63,792 nt of DNA, filler included, from Choristocarpus tenellus KU-1152 (GCA_964200185.2; 13 parts of 13 records of this genome joined end to end with filler, not necessarily neighbours in it), one strand, 5' to 3'. Positions 11,871-25,536 are shown, counted from the first letter of the whole stretch. Program-made: numbers and translations. Notes: generated by a model not told the origin, from the sequence alone.

Positions 11871-13235
11871 ATATAGAAAACAGGGCATTGTGAAACCCTC
11901 ATCTAGCTCATGGGCATCCCCTGTTACCAATGTTGCAAAGCCTGATGGACCTCCTCGGTTCTGTGTGGATTTTAGGGGAACAAGTCATAGACATTTGATA
12001 CGTAAGTCATGGTCTTTACCATCCATGGATGAGTGTTTATGCACCTTGGAGGGTTCAAAACATGTATCTTGTTTAGATATCCAATCAACCTATTGGCAAC
12101 TACCGATAACTGATGAATGCAAACGACAGAAAATTGTATTCGTCATACCAGATGGAAAACATGAGTTTTAGACATTACCATTTGGAGTACAAAACGCACC
12201 GTGGATCTTCCGGCCCTTTATGTCTGTAACTTTTTCCATATCGGTCCGAGCTCTGGGTTCTTGGTATATTTAGATGATATTGTTTTGGCTTCTCCATCAT
12301 GGACACGCCGTAAACATAAATCACTACCGTACTGTTAATGTTACAAACTGTAGGGATTGCGTTGAAGTCATCCAAGGCTCAATTTGTTTCCAAGCAAATC
12401 CATTATTTTTGGGACATGATGTCAGTCCACAAGGAATAGCTATATCACAAGCTCGTATTGAAGCTATTTATTAGAAGCGCATCCCCTCAAACAATGAAAG
12501 GCTTATCATTTTTCCTAGGTTCTATGAACTTTGTTGGGAAATGCACTCCTCACCTAAATAGCAACAGCAACAGAACCGTTGGTTGAATTGATTCGCCATG
12601 CACAAAAGGGAGGTTAAAAAAGAGATGACACCACCCCAAAAAAATAAAAAAAGAGATCAAATTGATATCTCATCTAGATGGAATCGATCACATCAAACTG
12701 TTTTTGACAAGTGCAAACGAATTTTAATCATGGCTCCAGTTCCATACTTTGTTGATTTTTCTAAGGATTATATTATCCATATAGGTGCCAGTAATGTTGG
12801 GACAGGGACGTTTTGGCCCATAAAAATGATTTCAATTTTAATATAATTGCATACCATAGTGCCTTACTTTCCTCCTCCCAACGAAAATATTCTGCCACAC
12901 AAAAAGAGTGCCTTGCAGTTATTCTGGCAGTTCAACACTGGAGACCATATATTTGGGGTAAACATTTCACAGTTGTTAGTGGTCATTCAGCCTTACGGTG
13001 CCTGCGTACGATGCAAGACATGTCGAATCTGTTGATTCAGTGGGCCCTAGCTCTGCAAAGTTTTGAGTTTACCGTCCTTCATACGCCTGGCAGATTACAT
13101 TACATCGCAGGTATGTTGTCGCATGCAGTAATTGTAAGAAATACAGGACCATACTTAGATCAAGTAGTCCTCTGCGCAGTTCGCACAGGGGTGCCCCGCG
13201 GCGCGCGCAAACCACGCATTTATGGACGACTGTGA
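11871..13235 (+). mobile_element. Degenerate Ty3/Gypsy LTR-retrotransposon pol (reverse transcriptase + RNase H)
   Basis: GIVKPSSSSWASPV, RFCVDFR, LDIQSTYWQL, LPFGVQNAP, YLDD at 12267-12278, IAYHS..L...QRKYSATQKECLAV, WALALQSFEFTVLH; multiple stops and frameshifts. Confidence 0.93.
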
Positions 13236-13786
13236 CCCCAGAAGAGGTCATCTTCACCCGAAGCACATGCGCGTTGTTGTCTCTCCATTCTCTTTCCATT
13301 ATTTCCCCTCTATGCGATGTTGTTACCTGCTGACTAAGGCTCACTCAGGGGGCCGGCCGGGCCTCTGAACCAGACAATCTATGCCAAGTCAAATGAGGTA
13401 TGTACTGTATTCTGAAGGTGCAGGCCTCCTCTAAGACTTAAATGCCTTGAACACCCTGTCCAATTTGGTGTACTCCATGCCTTTCTCGCTGGAATATATC
13501 AGGTGGTAAGCAATACTCATCCTGAAGAATCGCTCCACAATTACTCTGGACAGCCCCCCTTCCTCATTAGGACTGACAGGAATGTTGGCTCTCATTCCAG
13601 GCAACGTGTAGTCACAGTGGCCTCGCGTATAGTGCTTCGCCCGCCCCTAGACCATTTCTATTGGGGTTCAATTCACAGTGTTTTGTGAGGGGCAGGTCAC
13701 AACTCGGAGCTCATTGTGCGTCACAGTGTCCTGTGAGTGGATTAAATAGTATCAAGCCAAGGTTAGCCCACGTACCTGTTGGCGGT

Positions 13787-14100
13787 GACTAATCTTGGAT
13801 TTTTTGAAAAGGTTGCCCAAAGCGTTAATAGACGATCAGCATATCATATGAAAGCTCTGGATCTAGGTTATCGATTAACCAAAGGGATTTTTTCGCAAGA
13901 ATATGTTTGGTCGTGATAATTCATTCCGAAACATTTTCAAGGTTGTGCCGAAATATTTGGTTAAAATTTAACCTTACCAAAATAATTGTGCGAAAGAATT
14001 TCTTTGCGGAAATCGATAGCTTAGATCAAGAGCTTTCATTCAATATGCTGGTCGTCGATCAATTCGTTGGGCAACCTTTAAAAAAAAATCAAGACCAGTC
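13787..14100. mobile_element. Foldback / long-TIR non-autonomous element (arms about 140 bp)
   Basis: gactaatcttggattttttgaaaaggttgcccaa...atgaaagctctggatctaggttatcgatt is the imperfect reverse complement of the right arm ending ...ttgggcaacctttaaaaaaaaatcaagaccagtc. Confidence 0.8.
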
Positions 14101-14880
14101 TGATCCTAGAGGTGACTGCCAACAACACTGTAACTGATTTGTTCTTCTGAATGACGTGATTGATTCCTTCTTGAGTTGGATGGTTGTGAATGAGATAGGG
14201 AAGGAGAAAGGAGGAGTGACCCTTCAAGCTCAAGGAGGATTCCTTTCCATCAAATCAATTCTGTTGTATGGAATACAAATCACTAATCACTTCCTTCGAC
14301 CTTTTCTATCCCTTAACTCTTCCATATTCTACTTCATCAATCCAAACTAATCTTTTATCCTTTCAGAATACCAACCTGTTCTCTTCCAAACTTGATTGAT
14401 TCTTACATTATCTATTTTTAGACAAGAATAGAAAACATATTTTCCTGACGCATTCCAACCAAGCCATGCAAACTGATATACGTCATCCTAAACCAGTGAC
14501 TGAAGTCGACAAAATCGCCACCACCACCACAACTACTATTCATTAAATTCTACATTCTTTCTTGTATTCTCAATTTGGTTGTTTTCTTCGATCCATCCAT
14601 CTTTTTTCTCCCCTTTCAATTCTTTTGGGTGGTAGTGTTTTACTAATCTACATGTTCTCTTCTTTCTTCAATCACCACTTTTATTTCATGGTCCCTTTCG
14701 ACCACATGTCTAAGATTCCTTCTAATAATGTGAAAGAATAATAATAATGTTTTATACTTCATTTTATGTTTAGAAAATGGAAAGCAAGAAACTAGAAATA
14801 TTGGAATAATATTTCTTCTTTGTAATTCCGAAACTATAAGACCGCACACACCTGAACATGAGTTTTTTTGTAGACACATT

Positions 14881-15130
14881 ATTTTATTATCCCCTCTGAC
14901 ATTTTGCAGATATGTCAGGGGGGAAACCAATGAAAACTATGTATATGTCGTTCTTAGCCCTAAAGAAATAAAATATCCTAAACATAAGAACACTATAAAA
15001 CATTATAAGTGCGGAAACCACTAATCAGTTACTTCACCACTATCAAATATTGTACTACTTTATTTTATTATTATGCCCTCTGACATTTTGCAGATGTGTC
15101 AGGGGGAAACCAATGAAAGCTATATACATA
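14881..15130 (+). repeat. Two copies (14881-14948 and 15061-15130) of a dispersed 70-bp hairpin repeat; further copies at 30931-31005 (-), about 31065-31103 and 63505-63565
   Basis: ccctctgacattttgcagat(a/g)tgtcagggggaaaccaatgaaa(a/g)ctat, with stem ctgaca/tgtcag. Confidence 0.8.
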
Positions 15131-17893
15131 TGATGTGTATTGTACTACTTTATTGTTAATGACACCCAAAACATATTGCCACAATGCGTAGGTAGGTAGG
15201 TAGAAGAAAACTCTGTATAATATGATACGATGTAACAATAGAAATTCTCGAATATATTTGTAGTATGGTAGTTGAAGAACCTGCTCTATTTTGCACCATG
15301 CATGGCATGTTGTGTGGTCAATTTACTCTCCCACAACAACGATAGTTGGTACCAAAGAGGCCTTGTATGGGGACCTTCCGCGCTTACTTGTGCCCAATAT
15401 CGCACACGAGGTAGACTAATGTTGGGCGAAGATATCTTCCTTTCTCTTGTGGGTGTGTCCCTCGCAACATCATTCTCTTGTGTTCTTGTTTCTCTTATGA
15501 TTTATGAACACACTTACAACCTGGTTTAAGAATTTCACGCCCTCAGATAAATATGTTTGGACAATGCTGTCTAGCGATAATCCTGATACATAGTACTCTT
15601 AAGTCTCACGTGCAAAATTGTATTGGGCCATTGCTGACTTTCTATACCCGAGATGGGATACTGCAGGGCGTAATGAGTGGGTAACAGGGGGGGGATGTGT
15701 TGGAGGGTAAAGAGGGGAGGAAGCTCGACCAGGTAGTACCCACTGTGATCGAGCAGTCCCAGGAGGAAAGAAACAACGGCGGTATGTTGTGGAGAACTTG
15801 TGGGAGCTGTGATGGGGGTGAAAAGGCAGCCAAGGCGCTCAAGCAGGTAGGTGTCGAGGAAAAGCACAGAGGAGGGGTTGTGTGATATGTGCCGTGGGAA
15901 ATAGAGTTCCACCGGACAGTAGACATGGTGCTCCACCTGGGGGCAAACAGACCTCGTGATTCAAAAGTCCAAGAGAAAGACCTTCCAACCACCTTCAGAC
16001 CATTAACAGAGTGAGAACACGATGCTGAAACACAAGGTGATCAAGAATCTGATGGATTCAGAGAGAAGGACTGTGATCATCATGGACCTCCTTGCACATT
16101 AGGTATTGCGTTCTGCCCAACAGGGACTTCAAACGAGTTGCTTGGCGCCTCTGGCATTTCCTTGTTGACAGCCAGCAATCAAACTATGGAAACACTGTGG
16201 GGAGCCGAAGAAGGAGCAGGCATCATCGTTGATCCTAGCCTCGACTCATTATAGAAGGGGAACAGCAACCGCCAAGGTATTAATCTGACCAAGTTTTGGG
16301 AGACCGTTAAGGTCATCTCGTCAGGAGCAGTATAGTGCTGAGTGCATTATCAATGTAGTTGGGGATCCACAGACCCACAAACTTCGCAGAAATCTCAACC
16401 ATCATGGTGTGGACTACCCTGCAGACCCAAAGTATCTGAGGGAGGGGNNNNNNNNNNNNNNNNNNNNNNNNNNNNNNNNNNNNNNNNNNNNTTAATTAAT
16501 TAANNNNNNNNNNNNNNNNNNNNNNNNNNNNNNNNNNNNNNNNNNNNCCCATAGCGTCGTTTTGAGGTCGTTGGATTTGAGTTGTACATCCTGGAAGGTG
16601 AGCATTGAGGGGCGCCTGTAACAGATCAATTGAGTGGTAGGCATGCTTGGACCCTTTCGCTTTCCAATAAGGTTTCTGTTCTTTTGTATGGTTTATCAAC
16701 AAACAGAAGGATTGTAGGGTACAGGCATACCAGGTGCAGATGTACCGGGTACAGGCATACTCAAGTACATGTGTAGGTTACTTACCGTAGAGGTCGGTAG
16801 GTAGTTTATCGAAACCAGATTTCGTTGAAAAGGATGTCAGACTAACATCGGGTTCGAACCCTCGCATTCATACGCAAAGGCACTATAACGGATGAACGTC
16901 ACAATGAGGAGGATGTAGTCGAACGTGTAACGTTCAATGAGTGAAACATGTGTCATAGGGGACTACCACACCTGTTCACCATATCGAATACGGAAACTCG
17001 ATGAAACCCTGCCACCAAGATTCCGAGTTCGAGTCATGTGCAATGGCTTCATAACTGGTATATTGTAGGAGCTATTTTGTGGGCTAGGGATCAATACGTG
17101 GGCAAAAAACACCGCAGGTTTTAACTGAGCAGCAAATTAAAATGGGGCCGTCCCCTGGCTGGACTGGTCTCACAGTTGTTCAATATGTCTGAGTCCATGT
17201 CCACTAGGTGTTGAACTGGTCCATTTGCGTCAGCCGGACTGGGTCAAATATTTCTCTTACATGTCCGGACTATGTCCATTGGGTATTGTACTGATCCATG
17301 TTCGCTGAACAGACTAAGTGTAGCCTTCACTACCAACACATCCAGACCATGTCACCTGGGTGATTGTACCAGTCCATGTCGGCTGGTCAACCAGTCTAAC
17401 TTTCTCTTCCATAATATCCGGACCATGACCTTTGGGTATACTAATTTTTTTCTGGTATGTCAGGACCATATTATGTGTTACACTAGTCCATGATGAAAAA
17501 TGTGTGCTACGTACTCAATAGATAGTACTCTATTATATCTTATGTGGACTTTCTCGATTCAAACTAATGGAGAATATTTACGTACGTGTAGTGAGAATCT
17601 TAACAGACAAATAAACCAAAATATACAATATACATATAATTTATTTACACATTTTTCCCTTCACGAATAAATGTCAGAATATTTCATATTCAAGTCACAA
17701 ATCATTATACATACACCAACACACAACAATATATTTGTATTCAATTTTGAATTTTAATAGTATATATACATATATTAAAATTATAAAATAAGAGCTAAAT
17801 AGGAAAAAAATAGAAATATCAATATACTTTATCTAAAGTCTGTATCGTTGTGGTTTTTTGTGAATAACTTTTTCAAATGTGAGATTCGAAAAT

Positions 17894-18455
17894 GAAAACA
17901 ATATCGTTCGAAAGACAACAACTTCAGTTTCGACGGAAGATATCTTTAAAATATTTTTTCACTTCAAAAATGGTAATTATAACAAAAACAGAAAAATCGG
18001 GAAAAGTGGCTGGAAATGTGGTAAATCGGGCGTAACGTCTCAACGAGACCTCGGATGAAAACGTGGTTAGTTGCGTTGGATTTTTTATCACTCCCATTCT
18101 CTCCTGAGGGCGTTCTGGATCACTTCATCCCCATTGACAGAGATGCGTACAACGGGGCCACAACTTGGTGGTTTGAGGAAGAGAACGAGAGTGATAAGTA
18201 ACTAATTAAATACAAGAAACGCCAAGGAATCAATGCAACTAACCGTGTCTCATTGGAGGTTTCGTTGAGACGTTACGACCGATTAGCCATCGTTTCCAGT
18301 CACTTTTGACCGATTTCACTCTTTGTACAATATCTGCCATTTCCGAAAAAAACATTTGTGTTCAGGGGAAGGATGTTCAACCATTTCAAAATTAAATATT
18401 TTGAAGATGTGTATGTGCAAGCCGAAGTTGTTGACTTTCGAACGATATTATTTTC
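17894..18455. mobile_element. Foldback / long-TIR non-autonomous element (arms about 190-230 bp)
   Basis: gaaaacaatatcgttcgaaagacaacaacttc pairs with gaagttgttgactttcgaacgatattattttc; cgtaacgtctcaacga pairs with tcgttgagacgttacg. Confidence 0.8.
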
Positions 18456-18892
18456 GCACTACGAGGGCTCTTTTGACCCCCGTAGGTATAAATAACCTCA
18501 ACGCCTTCGTTGTGGAAATTTTGGGCGCCTTGGGTGCCTTGGTAAGCAAGCAGAAAGCTTTCTGGATGGGTTGCCTACCAACGTGGTAAGGGGGAGAGGG
18601 ATAGGAGGCTACTACAGTAGAAAATGGACTGTCAAATCCCGTCTACGACAGGTGATTATCTCTTTCACAATGCAAGTAGTTCTATCTAGACATGCCATGC
18701 GTTTAAGTGGGAGACACCAGGGATATGGGCAAAGAGGGGCTGTTAGATTCTTGGGATGCTTTCCTAGCTCCTCACCCTGGGGTGCAGGACTAAGCTAGGT
18801 TGGAGGCACAGGAGGGCAGTGGTGTAGCGTAGCTGATGGTAAAATAGTAAATAGAAAAATGTCTTGTGCTCTTCCATGACTCAGTACACAAA

Positions 18893-19063
18893 GCTCAAAA
18901 GTATCTGGGGGAGGTTGGCAGGTGTCCATTTTGGGTCAATTTTTTGATGTCACGATTTTTGAGTGATTTGGTCGGATGGATAATCTAAATGCACTTTTCC
19001 TGATTTTGGTCCAAATGGACACCTTGGTGTAGACCCCCGCCCCGCCCCCAGATACTTTGGGTC
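18893..19063 (+). mobile_element. MITE family A, full copy
   Basis: gctcaaaagtatctggggg / cccccagatactttgggtc; TSD AAA. Confidence 0.85.
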
Positions 19064-19501
19064 AAAAATATCCTTACGGATATCACAAATGCCGAAAATA
19101 CCCCTGCCCATATTGTACTGTGCTTGTTGCTGTTATGTGGTCGGTCTGTACTGCCTAATGAGGCACAGAAGGGATATACTCATAGGAGAACTACACAATA
19201 TGTCATAACATGTTCTCTCCACCTCTTCAATGATCCACGATAATATTATATCCCTAGCGTCTCACAAACGAATACATAACCTTGCAACGTTCTTTTATTT
19301 TGATGTGGTGCCTTAATGGAGTGTCTAATGGAGAATAGGAAGAAGACAAGCAATTCACTGCAGACCAATTGATGTTTGTAAATTCCATTCTTGTTTATCT
19401 TTTGGTTTGATCATTCTAGTTGGGTTAATAGTGTATACCTCTATCAACCTTTCTAAACACAATTGTCAAAATTACACAATCAGAACGCGAGGGTAAGGAC
19501 T

Positions 19502-19580
19502 GGAGTTATGGTGTAGTGGTCTAGTGTATCATATCGTTCATCCTAGCCTGGGGTCGTGGAGTCGAACCCCTCTGACTTCT
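19502..19580 (+). pseudogene. tRNA-derived pseudogene or SINE head
   Basis: Acceptor-like pairing ggagtta/tgacttc, A box tggtgtagtgg, degenerate B box ggagtcgaaccc, then a T run; anticodon arm does not fold. Confidence 0.5.
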
Positions 19581-19829
19581 CTTTTTAGAGTCCTGGCAGT
19601 GTTCCAACCTTCTCTGTGGGAATGCGTGGGTTTGAAGGTGTTTTCATTTTCTTTTGTGAACGAAAACCGGTATAAATGGACTACGCTGCAAGCATACTGC
19701 CTTGGTCGGACCTGGAGCATCTAACTCTCCGGTCTGTCGATGAAACACAAAAAGAATGCAGACAACTTTGTTCTGAACGATTTTCTTGTTTTTTAATCTA
19801 AAACTCTTTACTGGGATATATCGAAAGTA

Positions 19830-19970
19830 CTCTGGTACAGAGAGTTCAATGTGGCCACTTTGAATGTTCAAATCATGACTGTGAATGGCAAGAACGGAAT
19901 GGGTCACATGATGATCTTGATACAATGGGCTTTGACTTGTGGTTGCAACGTGATTGTAATCCAGAGAGAA
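19830..19970 (+). mobile_element. Relic of a non-LTR retrotransposon (RTE-like) AP-endonuclease N-terminus
   Basis: FNVATLNVQIMTVNGKNGMGH...GCNVIVIQ resembles the APE start motif (T-x-NV ... D-v-i-x-l-QE). Confidence 0.5.
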
Positions 19971-20757
19971 GAGGTAGGATTTTTTGCCTTGAACTCTATG
20001 GCCTCAAGTGCCAGATCTTCTTTAGTGGGGGAGAGGATCACAGATATCATATCAAGTGGGTTTGGCAGGGAGGGAATCAACCCTACAAAGTGCTACCCAT
20101 AAAGTAGAAGTGTACCTTGATGGACAGATGATGGGGATCTGGTTATTGATGTTAGACGATTCCTTTGGGGTTACCTTTGTTGTGGGGTATGCCACAACAG
20201 AAGAGGTCTTAGAGGGCTGAGGAAGGTGAGGATTACAACAACAGAAGTCTTGGGCATAAACACAAGAGGTGGTAAAAAATAATGGTGAGTGCCTGTTGAT
20301 ATTTGTAGCAATGAACAGACTTCCACTTGTCAACACATTTTTTAGTTCTCCGAAGGGGAAAAGGTCTCACACGTACATCCCTCCTGGACCACATTGACCC
20401 GTACACACCCGCGACAAAAAAAACGATATACAGTATATAACATTCCCAAATACAAAGTGAATGGTGCAAGGGCATCTAATCTTGGTTTTAGTGCGATTAC
20501 TCTAGAAATATATTTGGTTGTAGTGGGCCATAGGATGGGTGGGGGACATGGTTGATATGTAGGACATCCCTTACGGACCCACTGGAGATACTGGACTACG
20601 GCAACCTCCTGCCCGTGCGTGGACACGCACACAAAACCTGAGTGAAACTATCTTAGANNNNNNNNNNNNNNNNNNNNNNNNNNNNNNNNNNNNNNNNNNN
20701 NTTAATTAATTAANNNNNNNNNNNNNNNNNNNNNNNNNNNNNNNNNNNNNNNNNNNN

Positions 20758-20970
20758 GGGGGGCCGCCCCCACCAAAGGGGTGAGGGGGGGGGGGGGGGG
20801 GGGGGGGGGGTGGTTGTCCACTTGGGGTCCATTTCTCTATGTCACGATTTTTGGGTGATTTGGTTGCATGCATCGCATGGATAATATAACTGCAATTTCC
20901 CAGGTCATAACCCGAATGGACACCCTGGTGTAGATCCCCCCCCTCTCCCCCCCCCCAGGTACATTGATCC
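20758..20970 (+). mobile_element. MITE family A copy at contig start
   Basis: G-run, family A body, degenerate right TIR cccccaggtacattgatcc. Confidence 0.8.
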
Positions 20971-21640
20971 AAATTACGCAAGAGTACATGTGCAGAGCAG
21001 GGGGGAGACTTGGGGTCGAGGGAGGGGCAAAAGAAAGTTCAGGATACTTGAAGCTTGAGCCCGCGCCAGTAACAGCGCCATCATGTAAGAAAAAAACAAT
21101 CAAATAAAACATCCAATCGCCAGTCTTACAGTCAGGTACAACATCAACAGTCTCCACTAACATCACCCCTCCCACTAATGCCATTAAAAACAACAAAATA
21201 CTTGGGAAAATACTGTTTTGAGGACAAAAGAGAAGTCTTGACCCCAAAAATCTATTGTATGTATGTTATGTGGCATGCGTGTCTTCAACATCCTCTCTGT
21301 ACATGTAAGGGAACCCTAACAATCCAATTTCACCATCTTTCCTCACAAAATATTATACCCCCTCTGCCCACAAGTGAAATAATAGTCACGATCTAGAACC
21401 CCCAGAAAGATAGTGAACATTGGGTGAGTAGGTAATGTGGCCCTTGTGCTGCACCTCCTGGGAAGGATGCTCGCTATCAATGTAGAGTTCGTACTTCAGC
21501 TGTCTTGTCTTTGCAGATGATAACCACTTCTCATCCGCATGCATGCACCAAAGTCTTCAAAATGGTGGGAGCTCTTTGAGCCACCAAGTTCCTTGGTGAC
21601 CCAGCCCCCATTGCCCCACCTCAGCATTTGTGACTGCACT

Positions 21641-21900
21641 GAGTCAAAGTATCTTAGAAGGTAGAGGCGCGTCCATTCGGGGACCAAAATCTAATGTGCA
21701 ATTTTGATGTAATTTTGGCTATCGTGCATGTTAGGAGATATGTCAATATCCTTGTTCTGGATACATCTTTTCATAAAGTATACATTTTACCTACTCCGAA
21801 ACATTTTGGAGTAGGTAAAAAGTCATTAAAAACCCGTGGGAAACCAAGGCCCAAACGGAAAAACTGGGGAAAACTGGTACCCTCTAAGGTACTTTTACTC
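21641..21900 (-). mobile_element. MITE family B, full copy
   Basis: gagtcaaagtatcttagaaggta / taccctctaaggtacttttactc; TSD ACT. Confidence 0.87.
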
Positions 21901-23469
21901 ACTCATAAGTTAGCAACGGCTTGAAATAGGTAGAGTCTGCACTAGAACCAAGCCTCTTCGCATTGTTATACAGGGGCGAGTGGACAGCAGATTACCCAGC
22001 TGAGTTGATAGGTCAAGCTTGCATAGTACATTTTTCCAATGGTAACTCATTTCACGGTGCATCATCTTTGATACCTTCGCGGTCAGAAAACGCCTTCAGC
22101 CGAATACCAATGCCAAACTGGCTCCAGAATCAATCTTTTGCCAACCAGCATCAGTCGGGTTCTTACTCTTTTGATAGTCTTGGGACACATATCCAGCGAG
22201 TGGTGCGTGTCTCTAGTGACGTGTGGTGAGTGGAAGGGCCCTGACCACAGACGGATCTTCAAGCTTAGGTCTTGGTTTCACCCTTGCTTTGGGATCCTCT
22301 ACCTTCCCCAAGTCACATACTTCGATACATGTCGGCTTGAAAGTGGTACTTGAACCAACCAGGAAGAGTGCACTTTCCTTGTGATAGTGAAGAAAAAATC
22401 CTTTGAAGGGAGCGAGCGATACGATCTATAATGCTCAAACCGTGACTTATATTTTCGGACAGAGGTAGTAGTTCATAATTATTCCAGGCTTGCTATTATA
22501 CTAGAGGAACACCCTTAACCCTAAAGTGCCAAAATTGAACGCCTCTCCAAGGTGTCCGTACCATCATCACAAGAAAAGTGGCAGAGGTCAAAAAAGCACT
22601 CATTTCAACAACCTAGAAAAAAAATACACATGTGCATCCTCCACAACACCAATGATACCGCATCCATTATTAGTAATTTTATCCTATTGCCACCCACCCA
22701 ACCATGGCCTACTCTCCCTCCAGCACGCGATGGTGGTGGGGTGTTTGGAGGGAGAGGGACGTATCTGTATACCTGGTAGACATAGAGAGAGCATTTACCT
22801 GCGAACGTTTTCTACCATCTTATCGTAAGCTTCGGGATTTTCGTCCTCATCCACGCCCTCCAATGGATCCCCTTCCTCCTCCACATTGTAACCAGAATCA
22901 CGCATCAGCTGCAGTCGTATCTATAGTCATCATTGCACCAAAATACAAATGAAGGTAGCAGGGTGGATACGCGCGTGGAGTTCCGTGACAGAGGGTAGGA
23001 AGGGAAGGTTGATCGAGTTTTAGGGGCACATTTGAGAGGTGAAAAATCTTTGTTAGCTCGAGCACAGCAGAGGTAAGTCATGACTGCCTGGGCCAATTAT
23101 TGTAAAATTGCACATCTGCGGTGCAGCTTTCATTGCAGGATGGCTCCATGGGGACATGGGGTGGGATATTCGACTTGCAACAGAATATTCTTGCCGTCGA
23201 CTGTGGATGAATGAACGGGTAGTACAAAGAGCTATAGTTTGTCATCGAGCTACTACGCATGACGAGCACCTAGAGCAAGTTAGACCAGCAACTAGGGAAA
23301 TAACTGTCAAGGTCCCTGCAGAACAGTAACGCAGAGAGGTAACATGCCAGAATAACCCAACAGCATCACCTCGTTGGGATCGACTAAGTCCCAATCCACT
23401 TCGTCGTCCGCATCCCCAGGAATTTCCGCTGCAACGTCTCCAACCTGCTCACGGCTGCCGCAAAGTAAA

Positions 23470-23870
23470 TAGAACCAGTTCCCAGTATGATGGCATGGTT
23501 AAGGGTAGGGACACTGATTTAATCCATCAACCAGGCGGAAGGTGAGGGAAGATTTTTCCAAATGTGAAGCCAGGGCAAATGTCGAATGTACCTTATCTTC
23601 CTTGTTGAATGATGTTATGCTACTGAATAAGATATCAACCCTACCTATGACTCTATCCATCAATGCGTTGGAGAGTTAAGTTGAGGAATCGAAGGTGAAC
23701 CCACTTGAGCATCCCAAATCGTGTAGGAATCGGGATACCACGGCCAAAGGCAATGTCACTAAGGCAGTCTTTACAACTCTGACTTTGGTTGCCAAACTCT
23801 TGAAACCTTCTTCAACTACAATTCCAAGCAACTCCACCCCTCTCATCTTCCACACCAAATTCAAGAAACA
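23470..23870 (-). mobile_element. Possible highly decayed Gypsy aspartic-protease region
   Basis: RFLHDLGCSSGF resembles the protease LLD(T/S)G motif and VPTLNHAIILGT resembles the ILG.D motif; frames broken. Confidence 0.3.
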
Positions 23871-24619
23871 AGAAGTCTAGAGTAACGAAGAGGTTATTCA
23901 GCTTGGGGTACAGATTATCATTGTGCATGAACTCAGACCGAAACCCTCACCTTGTCATGTACAACTGTCTGTTGGGTCGTGAGCCTGGGGTTGTCGAAAA
24001 AGCCATATTAGGTGATCCCAAGCTTGCTTTTCTTCCCCCAACCCCATTGATGCGCGCGGGAGCGGCCAGAAATGCGTGCGTTCCATGGGACAAGAGTAGG
24101 AAGATAGTTGCCACACCCACCACACAATAGCAGCCTACTCTACATAGTGTGGAGGGTTTGTATTGCGAGAATGATCCAGATACGCTCCGACAACACTGGG
24201 GCGTAATTAAATGGCCGGGTGTCATCGTGGGAAGTGAGCTAGGACAAAGAGAACCACCACAAGCTAGTAACGACCCGATATCCTGAGGTGACCAAGGTTG
24301 AGGACGTCAATTTAGGGTTAGGGTTAGGTCAAAATCGAAGTATCTTCCATGTTCTCGTGTTTCTCCATTATTTGTGGAAGTGTCAAAGGTGCCAAGTTTT
24401 TTTTTGCTCAAGGGGGCAATCACAATCACCGGACTGAACTCTTTCANNNNNNNNNNNNNNNNNNNNNNNNNNNNNNNNNNNNNNNNNNNNTTAATTAATT
24501 AANNNNNNNNNNNNNNNNNNNNNNNNNNNNNNNNNNNNNNNNNNNNCCCCTCACTAACCACCCCCCCCCCCCAAGATACTTTGACCCGTAGGTTGTCCCT
24601 TTCGGGTAGAGTAGTGATG

Positions 24620-25026
24620 CTTCGAGAGGGATGTGTTTACTAGCTGTCAAGGAAGGTCGAGTAAACAGAAGACGGTTACATTCTTTGCTACTAACGTGAA
24701 GTGTGTTGCATTGTGTAGGTTGGGTCAAGAGTTGATATTTCTCAAGCAAGTACACATTTTCATGCAAAACGTTTGTCACGTTTATTCGATATTGTGCTTG
24801 AGGATAAATGATAGAGTCATCAAAATCGCTCAAAATGCTGTGTGGAGGTGGGACAAAGCACATTGGCATTCGACACCACTACGATTGCCAGTTAGAGATC
24901 TCTAGAGAAGGGAAGATTACTATCGGCTGTTTGCCTGCTGAGTTTCAACTTGTTTATTTTTTGGTAAAGGCATGTCGACAGAATCTTTTTAATGGGCTTT
25001 CTACCATAAATATGCGCAGTGGATAG
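24620..25026 (+). mobile_element. Degenerate Ty1/Copia RNase H relic
   Basis: SSKQKTVT...VAL..LGQELIFLKQ, IKIAQNAV, TKHIGIRHHY and QLVYFLVKA match Copia motifs (SKKQ.TVA, TKHIDIRYH, QLAD.LTK). Confidence 0.8.
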
Positions 25027-25454
25027 TGGGATGGGTCGAATCATCGTGAAGTCATTTTGTAAGGCGCTTATTTCTCCTTCAGTATTCAAAACAGCGGCCT
25101 GTATCAAGAAGAATATGTTTGAACTATTGTAAGAAAGAAGATTATACAAGAGATCATTACGGGAGAGAAGCAAATATTACGATTTCCATACATCAGTAGT
25201 CGAACCATGATAGTTGAGTTCCAATTTAGGAGGGATAGTTCTTCTATTGTGTAGATGGGGAGAAGAGTTTTTAGATGGATGGATGAAGACCAGTATCAAG
25301 TGGAAAACGGACAAGTGATGAACGGCAAACTGTTTGATGGTTGAAATAGATAGGATGACAGGGCGAATGTTTCTCGATTAAATATTATGACTGCAAGAGT
25401 TTGCCACAACAAAAGATTATTGAAAAACAGGAAATAAAAACATTTGATGTAAGG

Positions 25455-25536
25455 AACGACGTTGCAGAGTGGTCAAATGCGCCGGTTTCAAGCACCGGTC
25501 CCTCAGGGTTCGCGAGTTCAAACCTCGCCGTCGTTA
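25455..25536 (+). tRNA. trnL-CAA: tRNA-Leu(CAA)
   Basis: Acceptor aacgacg/cgtcgtt, D arm gca/tgc, anticodon stem ccggt/accgg with loop ttCAAgc, long variable arm, T arm gcgag-ttcaaac-ctcgc, discriminator A. Confidence 0.92.

Noticed and set aside
15640-15940. Possible Gypsy integrase H2C2 relic (QVVPTV...GGEKAAKAL)
   Set aside because: His/Cys ligands not recoverable; similarity too weak to call
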